NCBI GenBank assembly: GCA_964458105.1 | Contig: CAYWJJ010000014.1 | Location: forward strand, 7,249-71,248 | Direction: 5' to 3' | Source: an uncultured Geobacter sp. | Lineage (GTDB): Bacteria; Desulfobacterota; Desulfuromonadia; Geobacterales; Pseudopelobacteraceae | Length of the DNA stretch: 64,000 nt | Shown: in pieces, positions 27,709-37,385 of the stretch | Numbering within the stretch: position 1 is the stretch's first letter | How the letters are laid out: each line of letters opens with the position of its first letter | The notes under the pieces: model-generated | The model's input: only the letters and a program-made list of their open reading frames with translations | The model's database searches: none | Told to the model about the DNA's origin: nothing | Translations under genes and position numbers: made by a program

Positions 27709-28500
27709 TCAATTTACCGTCATCTTGTCCGACTGAAGCGCCAACAAGTCGTTGATTACGATCCCGGCCATGGTCAGCCCGAATATTGACGGCAGATAGG
27801 AAATACTGCCCAGAATTACGCGGCGATGCTCACAGCGAAAGGTTTGTTCTTCACGGTTGGGGCAGATGCATTCCGTGCCGCAGTGACTGGCGACCGGATT
27901 GAGCTCGCGGTGTTCTTCGGTGGAATATACGACCTGCACGCCGGAGGTTATTCCGTTTTTGCGGAGTATTTTGCGCATGCTGCGGGCCATGCGGCAGTTG
28001 CGGGTGGCCGAGATGTCGTCGACCCGGATCTTGGTCGGATCGAGCTTGTTGGCGGCACCCATGCTGGAAATAACCGGGATGCCCTGCTTAAGGCAAAGCA
28101 TGATCAAGGCCGTCTTGGCGGTGAAATGGTCGATGGCGTCCAGCACGTAGTCCGGTCGAATGCCGAGCAGCTCCCCGGCATTGTCCCTGGAGAAGAAGGC
28201 CTTGACCGGGCTGATTTCGGCGTCGGGATTGATGTCCTTCAGGCGCGCAGCCATGACCTCGACCTTGGGCTGGCCGACTGTGCTGGAGAGGGCGTGGATC
28301 TGGCGGTTGACGTTGGTCAGGCAGATATCGTCGAAATCGACCAGGGTGATATGGCCGATGCCGGCCCGGCCCAGCGCTTCGGCGGCATAACTGCCGACCC
28401 CGCCGATACCGCAGATCATGACATGTTTTTCAGCCAGGCTGGTCAACCTGTCGGTGCCGATCAGGAGTTCGGTACGGGAAAGACGGTGTAATGGTTTCAT
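27709..28500 (-). CDS. tcdA: tRNA threonylcarbamoyladenosine dehydratase (ThiF/E1-like)
   Basis: RTELLIG......L....V...G.GGVGS.AAEAL.R.GIG..TLVDFD..C.TN.NRQ.HA. Confidence 0.85.
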   Translation of the reverse strand: MKPLHRLSRTELLIGTDRLTSLAEKHVMICGIGGVGSYAAEALGRAGIGHITLVDFDDICLTNVNRQIHALSSTVGQPKVEVMAARLKDINPDAEISPVKAFFSRDNAGELLGIRPDYVLDAIDHFTAKTALIMLCLKQGIPVISSMGAANKLDPTKIRVDDISATRNCRMARSMRKILRKNGITSGVQVVYSTEEHRELNPVASHCGTECICPNREEQTFRCEHRRVILGSISYLPSIFGLTMAGIVINDLLALQSDKMTVN

Positions 28501-29495
28501 AATAGCAGTTCTCCTGCAACCCGGATGATTTCATCAACCGGGATAGTTTGGATGGACAGGTCATTCGAATCCGGTCGACTGTAGTTGATCCTGCTGCCGG
28601 ATGTGATTACTCTGTTGCAGGCGGTCGGAACAATGCAGTCCGGTGGTGTAGCCCCAAACAGTGTAATGGATGGTACGTTCATGGCCCAGGCTATGTGGGT
28701 AGGTCCGGTGTCTCCACCGATAACGAGATCGGCCTTGCCGATCAATGCCTTGAGCTGGTTCAGGGTAAGTTTCGGAAGCACCGTGGCATTGGCGGCCAGG
28801 GTGGCGATCTGTTCCGCAGAGGCACGTTCGCGCTCGTTGCCGTGGCAGACCAGCACCTGCGCATCCAACCGCCGCGCCACTTCGGCCATCAGCGGGGCGG
28901 GGTAATCCTTGTAGGCGATGCTTGTCCCCGCAACCATTATGACATTTCTGGTTTCTCCGGAAAAGAACCCGCTGACCGTTTCCAGGTCTTGCGGCGCATA
29001 AAACAAAAAAGGGGCGTGTCCGGTCAGCTCCGATTCCGCCGGGGAAAAACCGAGTGCAAAGCCTGCCAGTGATGCGAATCGCCGCACTCCCACAACTTCG
29101 GCCGGCACCCGGCAACGCTTTCCATAAAATAACGATGCCAACGATTCCTTGGCCGTGGACCAATCAAATCCGACCCGCGGCCCGCCGAGTTTCCAGGCGA
29201 TAACAGCCGCCTTCAACATGCCATGCATATCGATAACGAGATCAAAATCTCCCGAATGTGACAGTTTCGAAAGTTCGCTGGACAGCCTGGCAGCAGCGAA
29301 ATCGCGTTTCAGGCCTTTCAGGTCGAGCTTCACAACGGCGCTGATATCCGGATTGTGGTCCAGAATATCGGCAAACCTGCTATCGGCCACCCAGGTGATG
29401 GCTGCGGCGGGGAAACGCTTCCGGATCAACTGCAACGAGGCCATGGCGAAGATGATATCTCCCAGCGAGGAGAGCCTGACAATGGCGATATTCAC
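28497..29495 (-). CDS. Glycosyltransferase family 9 (LPS heptosyltransferase-like)
   Basis: I prefer the GTG at 29495, which follows GAGGGAG and lies just after the upstream stop at 29509-29511. N-terminal NIAIVRLSSLGDIIFA; C-terminal GGDTGPTHIA. Confidence 0.75.
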   Translation of the reverse strand: MNIAIVRLSSLGDIIFAMASLQLIRKRFPAAAITWVADSRFADILDHNPDISAVVKLDLKGLKRDFAAARLSSELSKLSHSGDFDLVIDMHGMLKAAVIAWKLGGPRVGFDWSTAKESLASLFYGKRCRVPAEVVGVRRFASLAGFALGFSPAESELTGHAPFLFYAPQDLETVSGFFSGETRNVIMVAGTSIAYKDYPAPLMAEVARRLDAQVLVCHGNERERASAEQIATLAANATVLPKLTLNQLKALIGKADLVIGGDTGPTHIAWAMNVPSITLFGATPPDCIVPTACNRVITSGSRINYSRPDSNDLSIQTIPVDEIIRVAGELLL

Positions 29496-29508
29496 GGCAA
29501 ATGCTCCC

Positions 29509-30552
29509 TCATGGGTTGAGAAGCTGTTCAATGCCTTGTGCCAGCGCTGCGGGGGAGATGCTGGCGCGACACTCGGCATCACGCTCGCAGGAGGTCTGAA
29601 AGCAGCGCGTGCAGGCCAGCGGCGACTGGACGATCACATGCCGCTCGCCGCGAGGCCCGCTGGCGCTACCATCGCTTGAGCGGTAGAACGATACTGTTGG
29701 AGTGCCCACCGTCGCTGCCAAGTGCACCGGGCCGGTATCACCGCCGACGACCAGGTCAACCTGTTTCAGCAGTGCCGTGAATCCTTTGAGCGGCAGGCGC
29801 TCGCAGACAATGGCGCGGTTTCCGATCCGGGAGGCGATGTCCCGAGCCATGCTTCTCTCCCCGTCATTTCCCCATGACAGCAGAATGGTGGCGTCCGGGT
29901 ATCTGGCCGTTACCCAGGCACCTAGCGCACCCCAGCCTTCAGGAGACCAGAACTTGGTCTGCCAGGTTGTGCCGCAATGAAAAAGGATCTTCCGGCCAGG
30001 TTCCAGTCCTGCGAGAAAGCTCGCGGCCGCCGCATTTTCTGCGCTGCCGGTGAATATGTCGGAGAAAAGCCGCAGGTCGTGATAATCCAGACAGAACGGC
30101 AGGCTCACGACACTCAGATACCTCGGGAGGGCATGGTCATCGGCAGGCAGGAAGGGCGCCTTGATCGTAGTGAACAGGGCGTTGAGTGACTCCTGCAGCA
30201 GTTGTTTCGGCAGCCCGATCCGCTTTTGCGCGCCGCTCAACATATCAACGACCCCACTTTTGAGGTTGCCTTGAATATCGAATGCGATGTCATACTTGCA
30301 GCTGCGCAGTTCCCGCACCAGACCGGTGACCTCCTGCCTGGTACGCGTGGAAAATGGAGACTTCTTCCAGCGTCTGGTGCTCAGCACATGCAGGTTGCGG
30401 AGCAGCGGATTGCCTTCCAGAACCTCTCTGAAAGTCTCTTCCACGACCCATCCGATCTCGATTCCCGGTGCAGCCTGGTGCAGGTAGTCCAGCACGGGCA
30501 GGGCGTGGATGATGTCACCCAGTGAAGAGGTTTTTATGATCAGGACGCGCAT
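29509..30552 (-). CDS. waaC: LPS heptosyltransferase I-like glycosyltransferase family 9
   Basis: MRVLIIKTSSLGDIIHALPVLDYL......IEIGWVVEE.F......NP......V...RRWKK..FS parallels E. coli RfaC. C-terminal GGDTGPVHLAA. Confidence 0.75.
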   Translation of the reverse strand: MRVLIIKTSSLGDIIHALPVLDYLHQAAPGIEIGWVVEETFREVLEGNPLLRNLHVLSTRRWKKSPFSTRTRQEVTGLVRELRSCKYDIAFDIQGNLKSGVVDMLSGAQKRIGLPKQLLQESLNALFTTIKAPFLPADDHALPRYLSVVSLPFCLDYHDLRLFSDIFTGSAENAAAASFLAGLEPGRKILFHCGTTWQTKFWSPEGWGALGAWVTARYPDATILLSWGNDGERSMARDIASRIGNRAIVCERLPLKGFTALLKQVDLVVGGDTGPVHLAATVGTPTVSFYRSSDGSASGPRGERHVIVQSPLACTRCFQTSCERDAECRASISPAALAQGIEQLLNP

Positions 30553-30650
30553 GAAATTCCACAGCTTTCAGTTTGCGGTTTTGATATGGAATTAATATCC
30601 GAGAGAGAAGCTATCGGCAGTGCAAAGAAAGTTGCTGCAGAAAGTAACGC
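30512..30650. repeat. Direct repeat copy 1 (waaC 5' end plus ~100 bp upstream)
   Basis: Aligns by eye at roughly 80% identity with 34955-35094. A shared core is tttttatgatcagga.gcgcat ... gatatggaattaata.cc.agagagaagctatcggcag.gcaaa. Confidence 0.75.
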
Positions 30651-30727
30651 TTTAACTGACTCCCTGGAGCAGAATGTCTCTGGCTAAATTGCTTTCCGGA
30701 AACCCGCATCCGCGGTTATCAACAACT

Positions 30728-31612
30728 TCATTCGTCAGCAACTGCACGTTCTTCCGCAATCATCTTCTGCAACCCCTCAGCCAGAGAGATGCGGGGGGCC
30801 CATCCCAGTGACCCGAGCAGTGCGATGTCCGTGTCCGAGGTCATGCTTTCATGCCTTCGGTAGGGAATTGCATTGAAAACCAGACGGCTCGTAGAGCGGC
30901 ACAACCGGTGTACCAATTCGACGAACTCCTTGATGGAAACGGCGCAGCCCGAACCGAGGCCAAACTCCACAAAACCCTGCGGGAGCTCGGTCTGTCGTTC
31001 CAGCAGGGTCAGATAGGCCTCCACCGCATCGTCGATATGGATAAAGTCACGCTTTTGCTCTCCGGCGGTCAGCGGTATCTCCGGCACGTTCCGCAGGCAC
31101 TGTCTGACGATGTGGGTCGTGAAATTGGAGACGTCGCCACCCGCCCCGTATATATGCTCCAGCCGAATGTTGGCAAAGCGGAGCCCATCTGACTCCGCGA
31201 CCATCCGCCCCCATTCGGCGAAGTGCCGTTTAGTGAGCGCATACGGGTTCAGACGCGGATCGAGGACCGTGTCGGTGTTGAAAAACGCAGTCGTTTTGAA
31301 TCGGGCAGCGGCATCGAGCAGGCGCAGCGGGAATCCGGTGTTCGCCTCGAAGATGGTGGGGAGGGATTCCCCTTTTCTGCCGTAACAGGTGGCGATATGC
31401 ATGACGGCATCGATACGGCCCTGCTTTTGAAAAGGAAGCGCCACGTCGCCCGCATCGAGATCGTACCATGATATGTCATCCGCGATCGCGCCGAGCCGGG
31501 TTAGTGAGGAATCAGCCCTTTTGTAGGCTGCCACATCATAGCCTTTTTCCAGAAGGCGCCTGGCCAGATGGCTGCCCAGAAATCCTGTGGCACCGGTCAG
31601 GAGGACTTTCAC
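30728..31612 (-). CDS. NAD-dependent sugar epimerase/reductase (CDP-paratose/abequose synthase-like SDR)
   Basis: [16 protein letters not shown] Rossmann motif and a YALTK catalytic motif. It is translationally coupled downstream of rfbH in a ddh-type cassette. Confidence 0.7.
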   Translation of the reverse strand: MKVLLTGATGFLGSHLARRLLEKGYDVAAYKRADSSLTRLGAIADDISWYDLDAGDVALPFQKQGRIDAVMHIATCYGRKGESLPTIFEANTGFPLRLLDAAARFKTTAFFNTDTVLDPRLNPYALTKRHFAEWGRMVAESDGLRFANIRLEHIYGAGGDVSNFTTHIVRQCLRNVPEIPLTAGEQKRDFIHIDDAVEAYLTLLERQTELPQGFVEFGLGSGCAVSIKEFVELVHRLCRSTSRLVFNAIPYRRHESMTSDTDIALLGSLGWAPRISLAEGLQKMIAEERAVADE

Positions 31613-32952
31613 CTGCTGCTCACCGCAATGATTGTTTCAGCCATGTATGCCGCCATCGCCTCGGTCATTCCGGGATAGACCCCGACCCAGAAGGTATCGC
31701 GCATGATGCGCTCGGTGGAGGCCAGGTCGCCGATCACCCGGTATCCGGTTCCGGTTTTGCGCATTTCGTCGAAGCAGGGGTGTTTGATCAGGTTGCCGGC
31801 AAACAGCATGCGCGTCTGGATCCCTTTCGCCTCCAGTCCGGCGACGATCCGGTCACGGGTCAATCCCGCTCCTTCCCGGATGGTGAGCAGGAAGCCGAAC
31901 CAGGACGGGTCGGAATTGTCTGTCGCCTCGGGCAGTATGAATCGCTCCTGCATTCCTTCCAGGCCGTCCCTCAGCAGCTTCCAGTTCCGTTTGCGCGCCT
32001 CGATGAAGCCGGGCAACTTCTCCAGTTGGGCGCAGCCGATGGCGGCCTGCATATCGGTCACTTTCAGGTTGTATCCGAAGTGGGAATATACGTACTTGTG
32101 ATCATAGCCGAACGGAAGTTCGCCGAACTGCTGGCCGAAGCGGTTATTGCAGGTGTTGTCCCGTCCGGATGGGCACCAGCAGTCTCGCCCCCAGTCCCTG
32201 AACGATTCCACCAGCCGCTTGAGTTGGGTGTCGTCGGTATAGACTGCGCCCCCCTCGCCCATGGTCATATGATGCGGGGGATAGAAACTGGAGGTGCCGA
32301 TGTGACCGATTGTGCCGGTGTAATGCCAGGTGCCGTTATGGAGGTAACGCGAGCCCAGGGCGTCGCAGTTGTCTTCGATCAGCCAGAGATGGTTACTATC
32401 GCAGAAAGCCCGGACAGCGGACAGGTCGAATGGATTGCCCAGGGTATGGGCCACCATGACGGCCCTGGTGCGCGAGGAGAGGGCTGCTTCCAGTTGGGTC
32501 ACATCGAGGTTGTAGGTCGGCAGGGAGACATCGACAAAGACCGGCACGGCGCCGTACTGAATGATGGGGGCCACCGTGGTCGGAAATCCGGCCGCGACCG
32601 TGATGACCTCGTCGCCCGGCCTGATCCTGCGCTCAGCGAGCTTGGGCGAGGTTAGGGCCATGAAGGCCAGCAGGTTGGCCGAGGAGCCGGAGTTGGTCAG
32701 GGAACAGTGCTGAACGCCCAGGAACTCGGCGAAATCGTGTTCGAAACGCTCGGCGTATCTACCGGTGGTCAGCCAAAAATCGAGCGAAGCATCGATCAGG
32801 TTGGTAATCTCGGCGGCATCGAAGACACGGCCGGCATAGGGAATCCGGTCGCCAGGCGTAAAATCCTTCTTTTCGGCATGGGCATGCCGGTAGTATTCAA
32901 CGGCAGCCTGGATGGCCTGTTGCCGCAGTATTTTTTCTCGTTCGTCACTCAC
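31609..32952 (-). CDS. rfbH: CDP-6-deoxy-L-threo-D-glycero-4-hexulose 3-dehydrase (E1; DegT/DnrJ/EryC1 family, RfbH-type)
   Basis: 447 aa. The N-terminal ..F.PG...[10 protein letters not shown]...L.D..LDFWLT.GR....FE..FA.FLG and ..SGSSANLLA are characteristic of RfbH/DdhC. Confidence 0.85.
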   Translation of the reverse strand: MSDEREKILRQQAIQAAVEYYRHAHAEKKDFTPGDRIPYAGRVFDAAEITNLIDASLDFWLTTGRYAERFEHDFAEFLGVQHCSLTNSGSSANLLAFMALTSPKLAERRIRPGDEVITVAAGFPTTVAPIIQYGAVPVFVDVSLPTYNLDVTQLEAALSSRTRAVMVAHTLGNPFDLSAVRAFCDSNHLWLIEDNCDALGSRYLHNGTWHYTGTIGHIGTSSFYPPHHMTMGEGGAVYTDDTQLKRLVESFRDWGRDCWCPSGRDNTCNNRFGQQFGELPFGYDHKYVYSHFGYNLKVTDMQAAIGCAQLEKLPGFIEARKRNWKLLRDGLEGMQERFILPEATDNSDPSWFGFLLTIREGAGLTRDRIVAGLEAKGIQTRMLFAGNLIKHPCFDEMRKTGTGYRVIGDLASTERIMRDTFWVGVYPGMTEAMAAYMAETIIAVSSR

Positions 32953-34043
32953 GATGCTGCTCCTGTGGCAAGTGTTGCCTCTGTTTCATAGCGTTCGATC
33001 TGCTCAAGGCTGATCGTGCGGACGTCGTCGCCGGAATTGTAGACCGAAACCCACTCGACGATCGCTGAAAGGGCCGAAGACAGGTTCCATACCGGTTTCC
33101 ATCCCAGGCGCATGTGCGCCTTGGAACAGTCCAGCTTGAGATAATGGGCCTCGTGGGGGTGATCACCGGCATCGATCCCGTAGGTTGCGCCTCTGCCCCA
33201 CTGGTTGCAAAGCTGCTGGACGATCCATTCGACCGGTCTGGCATCCTCCTCCGCCGGGCCGAAGTTCCAGCCCTCGGCGTACTCGGCACCAGCCTCATAC
33301 AGGCGGCGGGCAAGCGTCAGGTAGCCTGAAAGAGGCTCCAGGACGTGCTGCCAGGGACGGATGGCATGGGGATTGCGGATATGGACTTTTTTCCCGGCTA
33401 GCAGGGCAGTAATACAATCGGGGATCAGCCGGTCGGTCGCCCAGTCGCCGCCGCCGATGACATTTCCGGCCCGGGCCGAGGCAAGCCCGACGCCGTGCTC
33501 CGGGTAACTGGCCGGATTGAAGAAGGATGAGCGATAGGCGGAGGTAATCAGTTCGGAGCAGGCCTTGCTGTTGGAGTAGGGGTCGAAGCCGCCCATCGGC
33601 TCGTTCTCGCGGTAACCCCAGATCCACTCGCGGTTCTCGTAGCATTTGTCCGTTGTCACATTGACCACGGCCTTCACCGAACTGCAGCCGCGGACCGCCT
33701 CGAACAGGTGAACGGTGCCCATGACGTTGGTGGCGTAGGTCTCGACCGGAATTTTATAAGAGTCCCGCACAAGCGGCTGGGCCGCCATGTGGATCACTAT
33801 ATCCGGCTTGACTTCGTTCATGGTGCGCGCCAGGCGCTCCGCATCCCGTACATCCGCGATGCGTGAATCCACAAGCTCACCCACGCGGGCGAGCTCAAAC
33901 AGGCTCGGATTGGTGGGCGGGGCGAGGGCGTAGCCGGTCACCCGGGCACCCAGACGAGTCAGGCAGAGGCAGAGCCAGGAACCCTTGAAGCCGGTGTGGC
34001 CGGTGAGAAATACCTTTTTGCCGTTCCAGAAGTTCATTTCCAC
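32949..34043 (-). CDS. rfbG: CDP-glucose 4,6-dehydratase
   Basis: [31 protein letters not shown], and the ~360-aa length. Confidence 0.85.
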   Translation of the reverse strand: MEMNFWNGKKVFLTGHTGFKGSWLCLCLTRLGARVTGYALAPPTNPSLFELARVGELVDSRIADVRDAERLARTMNEVKPDIVIHMAAQPLVRDSYKIPVETYATNVMGTVHLFEAVRGCSSVKAVVNVTTDKCYENREWIWGYRENEPMGGFDPYSNSKACSELITSAYRSSFFNPASYPEHGVGLASARAGNVIGGGDWATDRLIPDCITALLAGKKVHIRNPHAIRPWQHVLEPLSGYLTLARRLYEAGAEYAEGWNFGPAEEDARPVEWIVQQLCNQWGRGATYGIDAGDHPHEAHYLKLDCSKAHMRLGWKPVWNLSSALSAIVEWVSVYNSGDDVRTISLEQIERYETEATLATGAAS

Positions 34044-34810
34044 ACCTTCCAGGGGGCTTTGCCGGACTTCCAGAGCTCCTCCAGGTGGTTTTTGTCGCGC
34101 AGGGTGTCCATCGGCTGCCAGAAGCTGGCGTGTTTATAGGCCACCAAATCCCCGTCCTGGGCCAGTCTTTCAAGGGGGGCCTGTTCCAGTACCGTGCTGT
34201 CGCCGTCGATATAGTCGAACACTTCGGGCTGCATAACGAAAAAGCCGGCATTGATCCAGTTGCCGTCACCTTTCGGTTTTTCCAGGAAGCCCTGCACACG
34301 GTTGTCGCTGCCCATGTTGAGAGCGCCGAAGCGCCCGCTGGGCTGGGTGGACGTGACCGTGGCCAAGCGGCCGTGCTGCTTGTGGTAGGCAACCAGCTCC
34401 GAAATGTTTACATCGGAGACGCCGTCGCCGTATGTCAGCAAAAACGGCTGGTCCTCGAGATAGGGACGGATACGCTTGACCCGACCGCCGGTCATGGTGT
34501 CCAGGCCCGTATTTACCAGTGTGACAGTCCAGGGTTCGGCCGAGTGGTGGTGGATCATGCGTTCGTTTGCATTGCGAAAATCAAAGGTGACATCGGCCTC
34601 ATGCAGAAAATAATGGGCGAAGTACTCCTTGATGTAGTAGCCCTTGTAGCCCAGGCAGATGATGAAGTCATTGAATCCGTAGTGGGAATAGGTCTTCATG
34701 ATGTGCCACAGGATCGGTTGCTCGCCGATTTCGATCATGGGCTTGGGCTTCAGGTGGGATTCTTCGCTGATGCGGGTGCCGAATCCTCCGGCAAGTATGA
34801 CTACTTTCAT
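34034..34810 (-). CDS. rfbF: Glucose-1-phosphate cytidylyltransferase
   Basis: I prefer the start at [33 protein letters not shown] (34810). C-terminal W..MDT.RDK..LE.LW..G.APWK.W. Confidence 0.85.
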   Translation of the reverse strand: MKVVILAGGFGTRISEESHLKPKPMIEIGEQPILWHIMKTYSHYGFNDFIICLGYKGYYIKEYFAHYFLHEADVTFDFRNANERMIHHHSAEPWTVTLVNTGLDTMTGGRVKRIRPYLEDQPFLLTYGDGVSDVNISELVAYHKQHGRLATVTSTQPSGRFGALNMGSDNRVQGFLEKPKGDGNWINAGFFVMQPEVFDYIDGDSTVLEQAPLERLAQDGDLVAYKHASFWQPMDTLRDKNHLEELWKSGKAPWKVWK

Positions 34811-34871
34811 GTTAATTTCTCCTGCATGCATCATCGTTTGAAAACACAAATATTGGTAAAGTTATACAGCA

Positions 34872-34914
34872 CAAGTTTACAACATAACTGAAAAAAAACA
34901 TTTTCTCAATGCAG
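34872..34914 (-). pseudogene. Remnant resembling the 3' end of the GT2 gene at 36441-37382
   Basis: caagtttacaacataactgaaaaaaaacattttctcaatgcag aligns with caagtttataacaaaaccgaaaaaatccattttctcaatctat (36436-36478). The latter encodes the intact ..LRKWIFSVLL* terminus. Confidence 0.4.
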
Positions 34915-34952
34915 GCCTTAATGCAGGTAGAACAGAACCTGGTAGGGAGCGG

Positions 34953-34995
34953 GTTATGTCGCCTAGGGCAGATTTTTTATGATCAGGATGCGCAT
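34953..34995 (-). pseudogene. Degenerate 5' remnant of a GT9 heptosyltransferase gene
   Basis: The minus strand reads ATG CGC ATC CTG ATC ATA AAA AAT CTG CCC TAG (MRILIIKNLP*). Compare MRVLIIKTSSLGD in waaC. Confidence 0.6.
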
Positions 34996-35094
34996 TAAAG
35001 ATCACACCTTTCGTTAAGCGGTGTGGATATGGAATTAATACCCCAGAGAGAAGCTATCGGCAGAGCAAAAAGATTACTGCCGAAAGAAACGGTC
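34955..35094. repeat. Direct repeat copy 2 (GT9 5' remnant plus waaC-upstream-like sequence)
   Basis: See 30512-30650. This copy overlaps the last ~30 codons of the DUF4143 ATPase ORF. Confidence 0.75.
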
Positions 35095-36269
35095 TCGCTG
35101 CCCCCGTAGAGCACAATACCTCTGATGAAGTTACTTCCTGCAGCCTCGGCAAAGGATTGCAATCCATGAAAATCCTTACCGGAAACGCTTTTAGAAGTTT
35201 TGACTTCAATGCCCACAACCCGACCGGAAGTATCTTCAAGAACAATATCAACTTCCTGTCCGGCTTGAGTACGGTAATGCAGTATCATTGGCTTGATATT
35301 GCTCCACGAGACCTGCTTCTTCAACTCCATAATAACGAAACTTTCCACAAGAGCGCCGGATAAGGGCGAATTTTCGAGTCTGGAAACATCTACAGCCAGA
35401 AGGCTCGCCAGAAGTCCGGTGTCATTAAGTACCAGTTTTGATGTTTTAACGAGCCGTTTGCCAAGATTTGACGACCAGGCAGGTAGGTGGCTGATCAAAA
35501 AAGTTGTCTCAAATAGCGCCATATATCGTTTCAGGGTGCTTTGTGGGAGACCGGTTGTTCTGGATAGTTCTGAATAATTAAGCAGCGAGGGTGATCTGGT
35601 TGCAAGTATGGAAAGTAGCCTGGGCATTGCATTTAGGCCATCGATATTTGCAATGTCACGCACATCACGTTGAAGAATGGTGGTGATATAAGATCCAAAC
35701 CAGGCTCTGCGCCTGGTTTGGGAGGCTCGCGCAGATACTTCCGGATACCCGCCTCTGACAGCTCTTTCCAGCAAAGTCATGGCATTGTCAGATGAATTAA
35801 AGACTGTCGGCAATGGTTCTTCAGAAAAAACAGTGTCAATAAAATCTTCTGTTACCCCGCAAAACTCTCCTTGTGAAAATGGCCACAAGGTGAAAATTTC
35901 CATTCTTCCGGCCAGTGATTCCGAAAGGCGTGGGAGCAACAGCACATTTGCCGATCCGGTAAGCAGAAATTTTCCGGGTCGGCGGTCAAGGTCAACAGCT
36001 GCCTTGATAGCCATAAAAAGCTCCGGAGCGCGTTGAATCTCGTCAATGATTGCCGGTCCGCCGAGACCGGAAATAAAGCCGTCCGGATCGTGCTTTGCCG
36101 CCGCAAGTGAAGTTGCATCATCAAGCGTGACATAACGTGCCGGATAAGACTTGGCAGTCAAGGTTTTGGCAAGGGTACTCTTACCGGTCTGTCTCGCCCC
36201 GTTCAGCATTACAACAGGAGTGTCGGAGAGTGCATCAACAATCTCGGGTGTCAAATTTCTTTTAAGCAT
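34995..36269 (-). CDS. AAA+ ATPase with DUF4143 domain
   Basis: Walker A GARQTGKST, Walker B-like AIIDEIQ, and a C-terminal ..GIEVK......GKDF.GL..F... block. The gene is AT-rich relative to its neighbours. Confidence 0.8.
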   Translation of the reverse strand: MLKRNLTPEIVDALSDTPVVMLNGARQTGKSTLAKTLTAKSYPARYVTLDDATSLAAAKHDPDGFISGLGGPAIIDEIQRAPELFMAIKAAVDLDRRPGKFLLTGSANVLLLPRLSESLAGRMEIFTLWPFSQGEFCGVTEDFIDTVFSEEPLPTVFNSSDNAMTLLERAVRGGYPEVSARASQTRRRAWFGSYITTILQRDVRDIANIDGLNAMPRLLSILATRSPSLLNYSELSRTTGLPQSTLKRYMALFETTFLISHLPAWSSNLGKRLVKTSKLVLNDTGLLASLLAVDVSRLENSPLSGALVESFVIMELKKQVSWSNIKPMILHYRTQAGQEVDIVLEDTSGRVVGIEVKTSKSVSGKDFHGLQSFAEAAGSNFIRGIVLYGGSETVSFGSNLFALPIASLWGINSISTPLNERCDL

Positions 36270-36338
36270 GGTGGGATATTAACCAGTTGGTGGTTGAAAA
36301 TCAACCATTAAATGTTGGAGAGATGTTTTGTGCTGCAG

Positions 36339-36407
36339 TCAGTAGAGCGCTGGCCTGGCGTGGCTGATGTCGCCTGGGGATGATGTCTTGATGATCAGGA
36401 CTTGCAT
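36339..36407 (-). pseudogene. 22-codon 5' remnant of a GT9 heptosyltransferase gene
   Basis: The minus strand encodes MQVLIIKTSSPGDISHARPALY*. Compare the waaC N-terminus MRVLIIKTSSLGDIIHALPVLDYL. Confidence 0.7.
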
Positions 36408-36440
36408 TGAGTTTTGACGTTAAGTTCTCGAAATGCAAGT

Positions 36441-37382
36441 TTATAACAAAACCGAAAAAATCCATTTTCTCAATCTATAGCCCAGCGAAGCATACATCAA
36501 GTAGCATAAGCCGATATTGTATTTGTTGTCAGTGTACTTTTCGGTAAAAGCATGCAATGGAATCCGTGCCGCTTCTTTACACTCATTATGCCACTCTCTG
36601 GAAAACATCAGTTTAATGGCTTTATGTGATAAATATTCTTCTGCAAACCAGAGTTTTGCCTGTCTATAGCAACCAAGCAGATACGGGCGAACCGCACTCA
36701 CACTGATTGAAGTGACATGGGCTCTAAAAAACGAGAGAGACTCATTAACATAGCCAATTTTTTCATACTGTATGGCTGTTAATAAAAAAATCAGCAGATC
36801 CGGCCCGGCGCCATGCCGTTCGAAATCGGTGATAGTCGGAGACGCCAATTTCGAATTGAGATTGCTACGAAGGTCTTTGGTGCGAAATAGTGCACATCCC
36901 GGAGAACATGGAACATCACCACCGCAAAGAGATTCGACGATAAATCGTCTGCTGCTGTAGACCCCTGATTGAGATAAACAGTTGTAGACTGTTTTTGCAT
37001 TAGCTTTTGTATTGCCTGCCAACGTTTTTGTGAAAACAAAGCCGACCCTTGCGTCACGTAATAACGGGATGGTTTTATTTAAGAATTCTGGTTCAATGGT
37101 GTCATCAGAAAAAATAATTTTACTGAATTCGCCTTGCGCCAACTCGGCACAACGTTGCCAGTTGCGCACCGGTCCCATGTTTTCCGGGTTTCGGTGAATT
37201 CTGACACGGGGGTCCTGTTTTGCAAACCGCTGGCAAACTTCCCATGTGCCGTCTGTACTGGCATTGTCGACCACCACCACTTCAATGTCCGTGAATGTCT
37301 GTTCCAGGGCCGAGCGAATAGCGTCCCCGACCATCAATTCACGGTTGAACACCGGTATCAGAATGCTTACGAGTGGTTGCAT
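36441..37382 (-). CDS. Glycosyltransferase family 2
   Basis: VSILIPVFN.......AI.S.L.QTF.DIEVVVVDNASTDGT; a DD motif is present. Confidence 0.8.
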   Translation of the reverse strand: MQPLVSILIPVFNRELMVGDAIRSALEQTFTDIEVVVVDNASTDGTWEVCQRFAKQDPRVRIHRNPENMGPVRNWQRCAELAQGEFSKIIFSDDTIEPEFLNKTIPLLRDARVGFVFTKTLAGNTKANAKTVYNCLSQSGVYSSRRFIVESLCGGDVPCSPGCALFRTKDLRSNLNSKLASPTITDFERHGAGPDLLIFLLTAIQYEKIGYVNESLSFFRAHVTSISVSAVRPYLLGCYRQAKLWFAEEYLSHKAIKLMFSREWHNECKEAARIPLHAFTEKYTDNKYNIGLCYLMYASLGYRLRKWIFSVLL

Positions 37383-37385
37383 ACG

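Noticed and set aside
31468-32655. 395-aa plus-strand ORF inside rfbH and the SDR gene
   Set aside because: It is antisense to two well-supported genes and has Gly/Arg/Pro-rich shadow composition.
34995-36269. DUF4143 ATPase as a transposase, IS element or stand-alone defence system
   Set aside because: There is no transposase, integrase or nuclease partner gene and no terminal inverted repeats. The flanking repeats are fragments of host GT9 genes, not IS ends.
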